Source of the DNA: Eledone cirrhosa
Lineage: Eukaryota
Assembly (NCBI GenBank): GCA_964016885.1
Contig: OZ024742.1
Coordinates: 43,896,001 to 43,960,000, forward strand
Reading direction: 5' to 3'
DNA length: 64,000 nt
Position numbers and translations under genes: made by a program. The notes beneath the pieces are model-generated. The model saw only the letters and a list, made by a program, of their open reading frames with translations. It did no database searches and was not told the DNA's origin. Shown here piece by piece: positions 51,227-64,000 of the stretch (positions are counted from its first letter, which is position 1; every line of letters starts with the position of its first letter).

Positions 51227-52700
51227 AAAGCTTGACATGAGGAATGCCTTCAACTGCTTGCTCCGGGGCCATCTGCTCGATGTCTGCCTTAGCCGAGTCC
51301 CCTTTGCCTACCCACTGGCCTACCTGTCGTATGGAGCCCCGAGCATGCTCCTTGCTGCTGATACGGTCATACCTTCGGCTACTGGGGTCCAACAGGGCGA
51401 CCCTTTGGGACCCCTCCTGTTTGCCCTTGGTATAAACCACATCGCCCGGAGTATCACGGCCCCTCTCAACGTTTGGTTTCTGGATGATGCTACGTTGTGC
51501 GGGCCCGTACAGACTGTCTGCCATGACCTACAATCGGTGGTTCCTGCCCTGGCGGGAATCGGCCTCCAGGTCAACTCAGCAAAGTCAGAGGTGGTGAATG
51601 TCAGCTACGATGCTGAGAACTTTGCAGCCTCCGTCTCGGACGTGCGGTCCATACTCCACCAGGTACAGGTGACCCCCAAAGAGGATGTCCTCCTCCTCGG
51701 GTCACCGATCCACCCGCCGGCCATCCGCTCCACCATCAGGTCCAGGCTTCAACAACTCCAGACTCTCACGAGCCGACTGGGCCTGATCGACGGTCACCCA
51801 ACTCTCTTTCTGTTGAGGAACTGCTTCGCCATGCCGAAGCTCCTCTACACCCTTCGCAGCGCTCCGTACTACACCCACACATCTCTCCTCGCTGACCTTG
51901 ATACTTGTATCCGAGCAGCAGCTGAAGAGATATGCAACGTCAAGTTTGACGACATTGGATGACAACAGGCCACTTTACCTGTCGGGTATGGCGCCTTGGC
52001 CTCTGGTCCCATGATCTTGCTGGCATTGCCGGTGTATCTTTCGTCGGTAATCTCGTGCCACGTCCCCATCAGCAGGGTTCTTCAAAACAATAGAACCCTC
52101 TGTGTTCAGTGAACGTGAGGCCGCCTGTGAGACGTGGGACTTAGCCCAGTAGACGTCCCTCCTCCTTCTCCCTCTGTTGACGTCAAGTCCCCCCAAAGCA
52201 CTTGGGATGCCATCCAGTGCTGCCTGGCCTCAGACAGGCTGACGCGCCAGCTTGACCAGCCTGCTTTCGTGCGGCCTCCAAACCCCACAGTGGTGCCTAG
52301 CTCCATGCCCTGCCCTCCTTCTCCACTGGCACGCAGCTAGAAAACAATAGCCTGCGCATCAGCGTTTCCTTGAGGCTTGGCCTCCGGATCTGCGAGCCAC
52401 ACCAATGTGTCGCTGCGGATCCACCGTGGACTCTTTCGGCCTCCACAGTGCTGGCTGCCCTCAACGAGGTCATAAAGCATGGCTTGGACGCTGCGGGCTT
52501 CCCTTCCCAGCTCGAGCCAGTGGGGCTGGACCGAGGGGACGGCAAAAGGCCAGATGGCATGATCATCTTCCCATTCCACGGTGGAAAACCCCTCGTCTGG
52601 GATGCTACTTGCACCAACACTTTCTGCAGCCACAACCTGGTGCAGTCTGCCACTAACCCAGGTTCTGCTGCATGTTGGGCTGAGGAGGCCCATCGCGTAA
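51227..52700 (+). mobile_element. CRE-clade non-LTR retrotransposon fragment (RT plus restriction-like endonuclease)
   Basis: GC-rich; KLDMRNAFN, GVQQGDPLGPLLFALGI, WFLDDATL, LLGSPI, PKLLYTLRSAP, LRLGL.IC.PHQC, LNEVIK, DGKRPDG..LVWDATC; stop at 51960 and later frameshifts. Confidence 0.9.
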
Positions 52701-53308
52701 CATTCCATATTTAGGTATCCAAAACACAAAATCTGTTTATTTAGACTAGATACATTGAATACACGTTGTTGTTTGATTAGTGGTTACGTTAACACACACA
52801 TATATGCATATATTTATATATTTGAGAGCACAGACACTCGCACAACACACGAATTAACGTGTGTATCTTGTATATAGTCGTGCAAAAGTCGTACCTTTTC
52901 CCACAAAAATACTAGAACCACTATACGTGTTATCTACAGGACATACAAAACATTATATATAGTGTGTGCGCGCATTATATATATATAATCTCTCTAATGC
53001 TGGTGCAACTTAAAATGCACCCAGTGCACTCTGTAAAGTAGTTGGTAATAGGAAGTGCATCCAGTTGTAAAAAAAACAAACTTCCCAATGTGTCAAGAAG
53101 ACTCTTCTATCAGGCCAAAGACATTGCAACCTCCTTAGTGGTGGTGCTACGATAAATTGCACCCATTACACTCAGTAGCGTGCAGGAACATATGTAAGAT
53201 GCAGCACTGTTCACTTGCGGATCAGTAGCACTAATTAAGTACTGACTTGTTTTGATGACCTATCCAACTCTTGCTAGCTGGGGAAAATGGGCGTGAAATG
53301 ATATGTGC

Positions 53309-53361
<53 letters not shown>

Positions 53362-53729
53362 TCATCATCATTTAATGTCCATTTTTCCACGCTTGCATGG
53401 GTTAGATGGGTTGAGACATTATCACAAGTCAGATCCAGAAACCAAAATGCTCCTTTTGATCTGTATTTTGGCTTGGTTTCTACAGCTGGATGCTGCCTTT
53501 CCTAATGTCAATATATGTGTATGTCAGGGTTCTGAATCTTTTCATATTACCCACTCTACTACTCCAAGTGTCAAGTACCCTGGTGGGTTATGGTCTACCT
53601 GATTTTTACCAGAACCTATCTGATATATATATTTATATATACACACACACACACACAGTGTCCCCAAAAATGTATACATACTTCAACAGCATTTTAATGA
53701 ATATTGCTTATACAGGTAAAAAAATGCCC

Positions 53730-53771
<42 letters not shown>

Positions 53772-55323
53772 CATAACTTCATCTGAATAGCTTGAATTCA
53801 ACAATTCTGAGTAAATCAACATGCTCAGGTCAACAGAAGATTGTTGGTATGTTTTTAAAGGAGTTTATCCAAACTATAGTGAATTCAATTGATATTTATT
53901 GTAGGTATTAATAAACCATTTGCAAATACATACCTGTGTGAATGTGTATCATTATCATTTTATGTCTATTTTCCATGCTGGCATATATTGGACGGGTCAT
54001 TACAATCCAAGTTAGTTCTACTTCAGAGTTACTGCTCTCCTAGATGGGTTGAGAGGCCATGTCACACTTCCATGTTTCTTGTTACCATTAATACTAAATG
54101 AATGTACATATATACACAGACACAATTTGGCACAAATGTCCAGGTGTATCTTAGAATAATCTATGCACTGGCACTACAAAGGTTGTGCCTTTGACACAAT
54201 TGCAGAGTACTCTTAACCAAGGGTTGGATGCCCTTCATGTCACCAACCACTTTACAGTGTACACAGGTGCATTTTTTTGTGCCACCAGCACTAAGGTTAT
54301 ATTTTTGACACAACTAAAAAGCCCTCTCTACCCTATAGGGAAGGGGCTTGCCTCATGGTAGCCATATTTGAGTGGATGTGAAGGACATTTTTGAATTTCC
54401 AAGCCACTTTGCAGTAAAAAAAATAAATATCCTGACCTTATAGCATGATCTAACTTGGCAAACTAATCCTGATAATTGAAGCTAATGGTTCCTTGGGAAA
54501 ACAGTGGACATCTCAAAAGAATTTGGGTGTTAAATACTGCATGCAGATCACAATATATGGTGTTTCTGGTAGAGGTGGAATGTCGTGGGTTTGTAGCTAG
54601 ATCCACACTTCTACCTGGCTGGTATTGGACTTATGTAGGATGACAGAACTTTGGTTTACAAACTAGAGAGGGAAAATAAGAAATTCTTCTTTGTGAATAT
54701 GGCAAGCTCATGTGAGAAACTAAAACTGAAGATAATTAAATAACCAAGTCTCAGTGAAACAATAGATGCTGTGTGGTTAGAATGGTTACAACCCTACCAT
54801 CCACCTAGTTTTTTTTTTGGGGGGGGGGGGTGAATGGATGATGGACTGAAGAAGCATGTTACTGTGTAGGTCAACAGATCCTGAACATTCCCTGTTGGCA
54901 ACACTGAAAGATGGAGCTATTGAAAGGTGTTGAAATCATTGTGATATCTAATCAACAGTTGAAGTGTGCTTATATAATACGTGTATCATCATCATATGTA
55001 TTTATATTCTTGAATTGGTACCAGGTTTCTCGTTGTCGATTATTTAAATGATTGAAAATTCGTACCTTACTTAGAAAAAAAAAAGGTCATCTGACGGAAG
55101 AGTTTTTATTCCAAAAGTTTCATATAACGAACGTAAAATTGATTATTATATCAAAATATAATAATAACCACATCGAAATTTGATTGGTTGACAAAATGTC
55201 GTCAGAAAATGAGTCCTCTGCTTCCTTCATCTCAGTCGTTTGCATAATCGAAAACGTGAAACTTGGAATAAGCGATTGAAAAAGCCTAACTTTCTCTTTG
55301 TGCAAAAACAGACGTTCAACAAT

Positions 55324-55346
55324 CTCTCTCTTTTTCTCTCTCTCTT

Positions 55347-55394
<48 letters not shown>

Positions 55395-55458
55395 TTCTCT
55401 CTCTCTCTCTCTCTTTTCTCTCTCTCTTTCTTTTTCTCTCTCTCTCTCTCTCTCTTTT

Positions 55459-55489
<31 letters not shown>

Positions 55490-55636
55490 TTCTCTCTCTC
55501 TCTCTCTCTTTTTCTCTCTCTCTTTCTTTCTCTCTCTCTCTCTTTTTCTCTCTCTCTTTCTTTCTCTCTCTCTTTCTTTCTCTCTCTCTATCTCTCTCTT
55601 TTTCTCTCTCTTTCTTTTTCTCTCTCTCTCTCTCTT

Positions 55637-55727
<91 letters not shown>
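55324..55727. repeat. (CT)n/CTTT microsatellite
   Basis: Direct reading. Confidence 0.95.
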
Positions 55728-55729
<2 letters not shown>

Positions 55730-56836
55730 GTGATAGAAATTGGAAACTTGGAATTGTGACAGTGAGGCCCCAGCTTCGAATTAATATATAAACACTACTG
55801 CATGCTTAAGCACATACACATAGAACATAAAAGAAAATAAGCACATACGGTTCGATTCCCGTAAGCGCTTTTGTCATTTCGCGTATCTTATATTGTGTAT
55901 TTAAATTTATCCTTCAAAAAGTCTTACAACCCCCCCCCCCCCCCCCCCCCACACACACATACGCAACATAATACACATACACACACTCTTGCCCTCATAC
56001 TAGTTGCATACTGTCTTTACTTCTATTCGCCCCTCCTGTTATTTTTTCTCTGCTCCAGCTGTTCGGTTAGGTGTTACCTCCTAAGTTACTACTACTACCA
56101 CCACCACATGTTTTTCTCGCTGTGTCCAATAGTGACCACTTGTTTCCTTTTGCTATTTCTTATTCATTACACACACACGCACACACACACACACTAACAG
56201 ATATTTTGTGCAGGATATCATCGATATTCGATACTCATTGTCGTTAATAACAGCCGTAATAATAATAATCTGTATTTAAGGAATTATTCAAGTAAAATTT
56301 ATTTTGCGTTGTCCAGCATATACACACACACAAACCGACACCACTACCATCACTATCATCACGACTGGCACAGTTACCATCGTCACCACAACTAATTAAC
56401 CGCTGTCGCCGCCGCCACCGTCATCACCACTATTATAGCTATTACTAGAACCACTACCATCATCATCAACAGCGGCACGGTCACTACTGCAATCAATACC
56501 ACCACTATCATTACTATCGCCCTCGTCACCATCATCGGCAACACTATCACTACTGCTAGAACCACCACCGCTACTATCATCATTACCATCACCCTCGTTA
56601 CCCTCAACAGCAGCACTATCACCGCTACTATAACTACTACTACTACCATCACAACAACACCACTGCTATCATCGCCAACATCACCCTCATCAGGACAGCT
56701 ACCACAACTATAATTACTACTACTACTACCACAACTATCATCACTATCATTGCCCTTATCACCACTACCTTCGGCTATGTCGTTCGAATCACAGCTATAC
56801 ATTTTGTTACAATGAACTCTCAATGGGTCTTCTTCC

Positions 56837-56891
56837 ATGTATGTCTTCTTCGTCATCACAGTCATGTTTCTTCTTCCCTCTGCAGTGTCAG
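56837..56891 (+). CDS. Candidate signal-peptide-encoding exon portion (MYVFFVITVMFLLPSAVS|G)
   Basis: Hydrophobic 18-mer ending in small residues followed by a phase-1 donor CAG|GTAGGA; upstream acceptor with CACTAAC branch point ends at 56213. Confidence 0.25.
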
Positions 56892-56949
56892 GTAGGAAAA
56901 TGTCTTCTTGTGGAGATTCCCCCACACTTCATTTATATTACATTACAAC

Positions 56950-57520
56950 TGCACAACACCACACTACACTACACTACACTACACTACACTACACTACACT
57001 ACACTACACTACACTACTCCATACTGCACTGTATCACTCTACACTACATCACACTACACTACACCACACTACTCTACACTACACCACTCTACACCACACC
57101 ACACCACTACACTACAGTACACTACACTACACTACACTACACTACACCACACTACATTACTCCATACTGCACTGTTCCACTCTACACTACACACTACACT
57201 ACACTACTCCATACTGCACTGTACCACTCTACACACTACACTACACACAACTCCACTCCACTCTACACCACACCACTACACTACACCACACCACTACACT
57301 ACACTACACCACACCACACTACACTACACCACACCACACTATACTACACTACACACTACACTACTCTACACGATTCTACACTACACTACACTACACTACA
57401 CTACACCACTCTACACTACACCACTCCACTCTACACTACACTACACTACACCACTACACTACACTACACCATACTGCACTGTACCACACCACCACATACA
57501 CAACACTACACTCCGCCACA
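56950..57520. repeat. (CTACA)n pentanucleotide satellite
   Basis: Direct reading; explains the HYTTL ORFs. Confidence 0.95.
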
Positions 57521-57858
57521 CCATACTGGACTTATATTACACTACAGTGCACATCTGCTCTTTCATTTTTAATATATATCGATGAAATGTATGTATACAG
57601 ATACGTGCATATGTATGGCAAACATATATATATATATATATATATATAATGTGTGCATGTGTGTATAGATATACGTGATTATATATGTGTGTATATGGCA
57701 TGTGTGTATATACACTGACCAAGAAATATTAATCATTGTAGTTATGTAAACACAAATTTTGAAAATGAAAGAACATCGACCAACACACGTAAAACGAGTT
57801 TATTAAAAATATTTATCGGAACACGCGCGCGGCTATTTATAAACACGTGTATACATTT

Positions 57859-57931
<73 letters not shown>

Positions 57932-57938
57932 GTAAGTG

Positions 57939-57986
<48 letters not shown>

Positions 57987-58074
57987 GTGTCTTCTACTAT
58001 AGCCACGACATGACTAATACTTATATTTTGTTAGTGGAACTTGGTAGACGGAAGCGGTAGAAGCCCGTCGGGTT

Positions 58075-58127
<53 letters not shown>

Positions 58128-58395
58128 GTATGTTTGTGTGTCCGTGTTTACGTTTCTGTCTATCTGAGTTTATGCCCCTTAATTTGGCGGTTTGACAAAA
58201 GAAGAGTTCAATTGAATAAGTATCTGACTTGAAAAATAAGTAGTTGCGTGGATATGGTCGGCTAAATGAAAGCCCTGCTCCAGCATAGCCGCAGTTTACT
58301 GACTGGAAACCAGTAAACGAACACACACACACGCATCGTACATGTTGCATACTGGTTGGCAATCACACTCTATAAACGTCACATTTTCCTGGGAG

Positions 58396-58658
58396 ATGTG
58401 TGTGTGTATGTATGTATGTATATATATATGTATGTATGTATATGTTTATATATGTGTGTATGTATGTATGTATATGTTTATATATGTGTGTGTGTGTATG
58501 TATATATGTTTGTATGTGTATATATGCATGTATATATATATATATATATATATATGCATGTATGTGTGTGTGTGTGTATATATATATATGCATGTATATA
58601 TGTGTGTGTATATATATGCATGTATATGTGTATATATATATATGTGCATGTATATGTG

Positions 58659-58694
<36 letters not shown>

Positions 58695-58862
58695 CGTGTG
58701 TGTATGTGTGTGTGTATATATGTGTGTGTGTATATATATGTATATATGTGTGTGTGTATGTATATATATATGTGTGTGTGTATGTATATATATATGTATG
58801 TGTGTATGTATATATATATGTATGTGTGTATGTATATATATATATATATGTATGTGTGTATG

Positions 58863-58893
<31 letters not shown>

Positions 58894-59050
58894 GTATATA
58901 TATATATATGTCTGTGTATGTATGTATATATATATATATATGTCTGTGTATGTATGTATATATATATATATATATGTCTGTGTATGTATGTATATATATA
59001 TATATATATGTCTGTGTATGTATATATATATATATATATGTCTGTGTGTG

Positions 59051-59095
<45 letters not shown>

Positions 59096-59123
59096 TATAT
59101 ATACATACATACACATATACACA
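58396..59123. repeat. Compound (TA)/(TG)/(TATG) microsatellite
   Basis: Direct reading. Confidence 0.95.
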
Positions 59124-59396
59124 CCCTCACACACGCTTGCGCGCAGGGTGACTCCATGCATTTATTATAATAATAATTATTTGCAGTACTTTCATTTCCG
59201 AAGACTTGGTTTTTGCATCATCCGCTGCAAATGTAAATTTAAATTGCAGTTGTATTTGGTAAATAAAAAATAATCTATCTATCTCCTAAATGAAGGGCCG
59301 AGTTAGTTGGCACATTTTTATTTATCTTTTATTTTTTGTCACTACGAAAGAGAGGTGCCAAGTTCATTACATAAATTTACTTGGACATTGTTTAAA

Positions 59397-59428
<32 letters not shown>

Positions 59429-59519
59429 GTATGTGTGTGTGTATGTGTGAAAAATGAATGTATGTATATATGCATGTGTTTATGTGTGTGTCTGTATATA
59501 TGTATATGTGAAAAAAAGG

Positions 59520-59569
<50 letters not shown>

Positions 59570-59818
59570 TCATTGGTTATGTGCAACATGTTATATCAAA
59601 TGTTAATAGGGATCACATAAATCAGAATGGAATATGTTGTATTGCGTGCATACATGCATGTATATAGATACATACACATGTTTGTGTATGTGTGGAAGCA
59701 TGTCATGTATGTATGTGTGTTTATATACACATGTATGTATTCACTTCTATCGTAAATGAGAATACATGCATATATCCCTCGTGTGTGGGCGTGTCGTTAA
59801 TTGAATAGTGTGCATTGT

Positions 59819-59849
<31 letters not shown>

Positions 59850-60169
59850 GCACACACGCATACATACATACACACACACATACATACACAACTGCATATC
59901 ATATCTCTTGGATTTGTTGCTAACAAATTAGAAGTATTTTGTAAACAGTTCAACAATTTCCAATTAATATATACATAGGATGGTTAGTTTCGTAGTGAAT
60001 GTAATACATGAAGAGTCTTAACACCTGTCATTTGACTTTAAAAAATATAAAAGCTAGGTTGATGTTTAACGTTAGTAAATATTGCTTTTCTTTCCTATGT
60101 TGAAACATTAACTGGTGGAGCACACAGTCCATGTATGCAAAGTACAGAAAAAGGTGGCACACATGACAA

Positions 60170-60590
60170 GGCATGCTTGCATGGGTTGAACAGGTCCTTT
60201 TCAACACAGCATCTTTCCATTTGCTGCGTTCCTTCATCTTCTGTGAGTCTCAGCGATTTGAGATGAGCTCTCACCACCTCTGCACAGGTCTTTTTTGGTC
60301 TACTTCTACTGTAGCTTCCTTCTAGTGGGATTTTCTTGCATTTCTTCACCCAGCAATCATCCATGTGCATCACCTGTCCGTATCAACACAGTCTTCTCTC
60401 TTGTACACCACTTCGGATTCCTCTCAAATCCAGCTTCTCCCAAAGTTCATCCAAGCTCTGCCTTTCTCTCACACTTACATTCCACATCCAACAAAGCATG
60501 GTTGCTTCATTTCTCTCCAATCTATGCCTGTCCTTTGCTGTCACAGCCCATGTTTCACTACCATACAGCATCACTTCACACACAGTCATC
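60170..60590 (-). mobile_element. Older RTE LINE 3' fragment
   Basis: MLYGSETWAV..RLERNEATMLCWM..LDLRGIRSGVQERRL, then SRPKKT. Confidence 0.85.
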
Positions 60591-60830
60591 TTTTTGTAAA
60601 CAGTGGGAGGAGCTCTCTAAACTTCTTTTATCCTATCCTTATACTCCTCTGCTAATTAAGCCACCTAGATAGAAGCTATAAACCACTTTTATGGATCTTC
60701 TTGTAATTGAAAAAGGATTTCTGTACTTTGAAAGTTGGGATTATTCAAACCAGCATACATGGGTTTGCATAAAATACAGTAACTTAGGACAGTGAATTTT
60801 TTTTTAACTAAATACAAAAAGGCTAGAAGA

Positions 60831-60903
60831 TGTATCTCTTTTCATTTTCAGTTGAAGCAGCCCACGACCCGGGGTGCATCAACTGAAGATGAAAGGTGAT
60901 GCA
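60831..60903 (+). other. 33-bp stem-loop, pre-miRNA-like geometry
   Basis: 27 Watson-Crick pairs, 3 G:U, 3 symmetric mismatches and a 7-nt loop. Confidence 0.4.
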
Positions 60904-61188
60904 ACAAGATACAGAGCAGTAGTCATGAGGAAATCAAGAGAGAAAAAACTTCAGAAGTTAATCCTTAAATGAGATAGCAGGGATATGAATAGTAAGAGTG
61001 AGAGCAGCAGACTGAGGCAAAGGAATAGTGATAGCAGCAGACTGAGGCAAAGGAATGTGGCAGTCATAATATATATATACTTCTACTGTAGCTTCCTTCT
61101 GGTGGGATTTTCTTGCATTTCTTCACCCAGCAATCATCCATGTGCATCACCTGTCCGTATCAACACAGTCTTCTCTCTTGTACACCAC

Positions 61189-62499
61189 ACTCATAGCGGA
61201 ATCAATGGCCGAGCTAGAGAAGAAATTCCAAACATGGAAGCACGGCCTAGAGTCAAAAGGACTTAAAATTAACCTGGCTAAGACCAAAGTTCTAGTTTGT
61301 AGGAAAGAAAACAAGGCGGCGGTCCCTTCTGGGAAATGGTCGTGCTCGGTATGTAGGAAAGGCGTAGGTAGAAACTCCATCTTATGTCCTAAATGCAAAG
61401 TATGGGTGCATAAAAGATGTAGTGGGATCACAGGTAAGCTAACTAAGAACATAGACTTTACATGTGGCCGATGTTCTGGTGCAATAAGTAGCAGCAAGTG
61501 CCCACAAAATACTAGCTCTTTCAATTGCGCAGAGGGTTCTATAGAAATAGTGGACAGCTTCCGTTACCTGGGCGATAAAATCAGCAGTGGGGGAGGGTGC
61601 TCTGAAAGTACTGTAGCTAGAGTCAGAACTGGTTGGAAAAAGTTCAGAGAGCTTATACCACTATTAGCTGCTAAAGGGTTCTCCCTAAAAATGAAAGGCA
61701 GGTTGTACGATGCCTGCATACGAACAGCAATGTTGCATGGTAGTGAGACCTGGGCATTGTGTGCAGAGGATATACGCAGACTAGAGAGGAACGAAGCTTG
61801 CATGCTCCGCTGGATGTGTAACAGTAATATACGTGAACGGCAAAGCATAAACGAACTAAGGAAAAAATTAGAGATAAGAGGGATCAGATGTTGTTTACTC
61901 GAGAGAAGGCTGCGTTGGTATGGACACGTGATGCGCATGAAAGTCGATAGCTGTATTACAAAGTGCAGGGCAATAAAGATAGACGGTAGCCACGGAATAG
62001 GCAGACCTAGAAAAACATGGGATGAGCTGATAAACTCCGACCTCATACACTTACACCTCTCCAAGACAATGTCACTGGACCGTGACCTTTGGCGGTACTC
62101 AGTAACAGAGAAGACCCGCCTTGCCAGTAGGCATCTCTAACAAACTACACCCCGTCCCGCCACCACCCCCACCCCATCCACACCACCCCGTTCCATGTAA
62201 AGTTATGTTGGTGCCGCGCCATCCAGGCCGAAACAAACGAGATCGTGTAGGTGTCACGACAAAAAAACACACAGTCCACGCTGTAATGTGGCCGTGTAGG
62301 CAACACGGTAAAAACCTCCCAGACCCACACTGTAAATGTGGTTGGTGTTAGGAAGGGCATCCAACTGTAGAAAACCTGCCAGACAGTCCTATGCGAGCAA
62401 GACAATCACTCTTGCCTCAAGTGGGACTACCCCCGTCCAAACCCATGCAAGCGTGGAACACGGACGTTAAACGTTGATGATGATGATGATGATGATGAT
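61189..62499 (+). mobile_element. Young 5'-truncated RTE LINE: open ORF end (to 62140), 3' UTR and (GAT)n tail
   Basis: Uninterrupted ~317 codons: LIAESMAEL..GLKINLAKTKVL, Cys/His cluster CSVC..CPKC..VHKRC..CGRC, FRYLGDKI, LHGSETW, LRWYGHVMR, GRPRKTW. Confidence 0.95.
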
Positions 62500-63509
62500 A
62501 TATTCAAAATCATCATCATCATCACCGTTTATCATCCATTTTTCCACGTTATTATGGGTTGGACAAGTTGTCCCATTGTGAGACAAGCCAGATCAGATAA
62601 CCCTGTCTTGCTCATACAGAACTGTTTCTATGGCTAGATGCCTTTCCTAAAGGCAACCACATTTACAGTGTCAACTGGGTGCTTTTTATCATGGCACCAA
62701 AACGGCCGCTTTGCAGTGTGGACTGGGTGCTTTCTTGTCATGACATCATGAACATTTTACATTGTGGATAAACACATACACACTCACCTAATAGACCCGT
62801 GTCAATAATGAAGGCAATAGCATGTTGAATTTATTCAATTTTTAGAGCCCCGGATTGGTATGTCAGTTATACCAGGATTACTGGATATATGAGCAATCAT
62901 ACAAACTGGGAAATTTGCATTGTGATAAATTGCTTGCATGAAAGAAACTGTAGAGTTTATGGTAATTACTGTGGACTGGCATCCTGTCCAGGGGAAAGTC
63001 TTGTACTCTCAGTCACTTCATGCCATGAAACCGAGATAAGCAATGACCTAATGAGCCTTCTGGCTTAAGACAGCCTTTAGATATATGTATAAATGACAAA
63101 AAGAATCAAATGTATGAATAGCTTTGAAGAAATAAACAGAACTCTGGACATTGTGTTTCAATTTTTTATTGATGTAATTTGAGTTACAGATATTTATACA
63201 TATATATACAAACACACATGGTATATTATTATGGTTGATAATTGATTCAATGCAATCTCTGTCTTTTTTATTTGTTTTTGTCATTCACCCTTCTAGTGCC
63301 TCTGCATATGTTACTCTTGTAGCAAATAAAGAAATTATTATTAAAGGTAATGGATTGGCATGCAGCTCAATAGACTGGTAGACAAAATGCCATGCAGTAT
63401 TTAGTTATGGTCGTTTATCTTCCAAATTCATATATTGCAGGGGTCCAATTTGCATTTTTATCCTGATGAAATAAAGTACTACTTAATTACTGGGGGTTGA
63501 TTTAACTTT

Positions 63510-63730
63510 GGCACCCTCCTCACTGCACCCTCTTCACTGTACCCCCCCTCACTGCACCCCCCCCCACCACCACCACCACTGCACCCTCTTCACTGCACCC
63601 CCTCATGCACCCTCTTCACTGCACCCTCTTCACTGCACCCTCCTCATGCACCCTCCTCATGCACCCTCTTCACTGCACCCTCTTCACTGCATCCTCTTCA
63701 CTGCAGCCCCTTCATTGCACCCTCTTCACT
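63510..63730. repeat. 14-bp minisatellite (CTGCACCCTCTTCA) within a SINE B copy
   Basis: Direct reading; SINE B blocks flank it on both sides. Confidence 0.85.
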
Positions 63731-64000
63731 CAAATTACTGTCCTTGTGCCTATCTTAGAAACAGTTATTACCAAGGACTGGGATTGGCAGAATTGTTAGA
63801 GTGCCAGACAAAATATTTTGCTACATTTAATTACAACTCTTTATGTTCTGAGTTCAAATCCTGATGCAGTCAACTTTGCCTGTCATCCTTCTGGGGTTAA
63901 GATAAAGTAGCAGTCAATTACTTAGATCAATTTAACTATTACATTATTATATTTCTGATGAAAGACACTGCCTATGATTTTCAAATTATTTTGAAAATAA

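Noticed and set aside
55240-55791. Ser/Leu-rich 183-aa ORF resembling a membrane protein
   Set aside because: Translation of the (CT)n tract.
56776-56836. In-frame TGA readthrough or selenocysteine before the candidate signal peptide
   Set aside because: No SECIS or conservation evidence; most simply a short upstream ORF or chance.
56392-56925. 177-aa minus-strand ORF with a Val-rich tail
   Set aside because: Derived from degenerate (ACT/ACC/ATC)n trinucleotide sequence; no recognisable domain.

Overview
AT-rich, microsatellite-dense animal DNA whose repeat content looks cephalopod/octopus-like (inference from repeat style, no database search). No confidently identifiable host gene. It holds one full-length but defective Ty3/Gypsy LTR retrotransposon (7412-12749, minus strand, CsRn1-type features), several RTE-clade LINE fragments, three CRE-clade non-LTR fragments, nested non-autonomous Helitrons, piggyBac- and Tc1-type MITEs, and many tRNA-derived SINEs. 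The most interesting signal is a dispersed set of short (TA)n-embedded elements carrying type-I hammerhead ribozyme folds. Several are folded back into near-perfect 45-96 bp palindromes, and several share a downstream ATTGAGTACTCT-N8-ATGGTC-like motif, suggesting Penelope-like pLTR/retrozyme remnants. Two plus-strand RNA duplex candidates rich in G:U pairs (37741/38911 and 60831-60903) and a candidate signal-peptide exon (56837-56891) are also noted. Most ORFs in the supplied track are microsatellite or antisense artefacts. Boundaries of decayed repeats are approximate.
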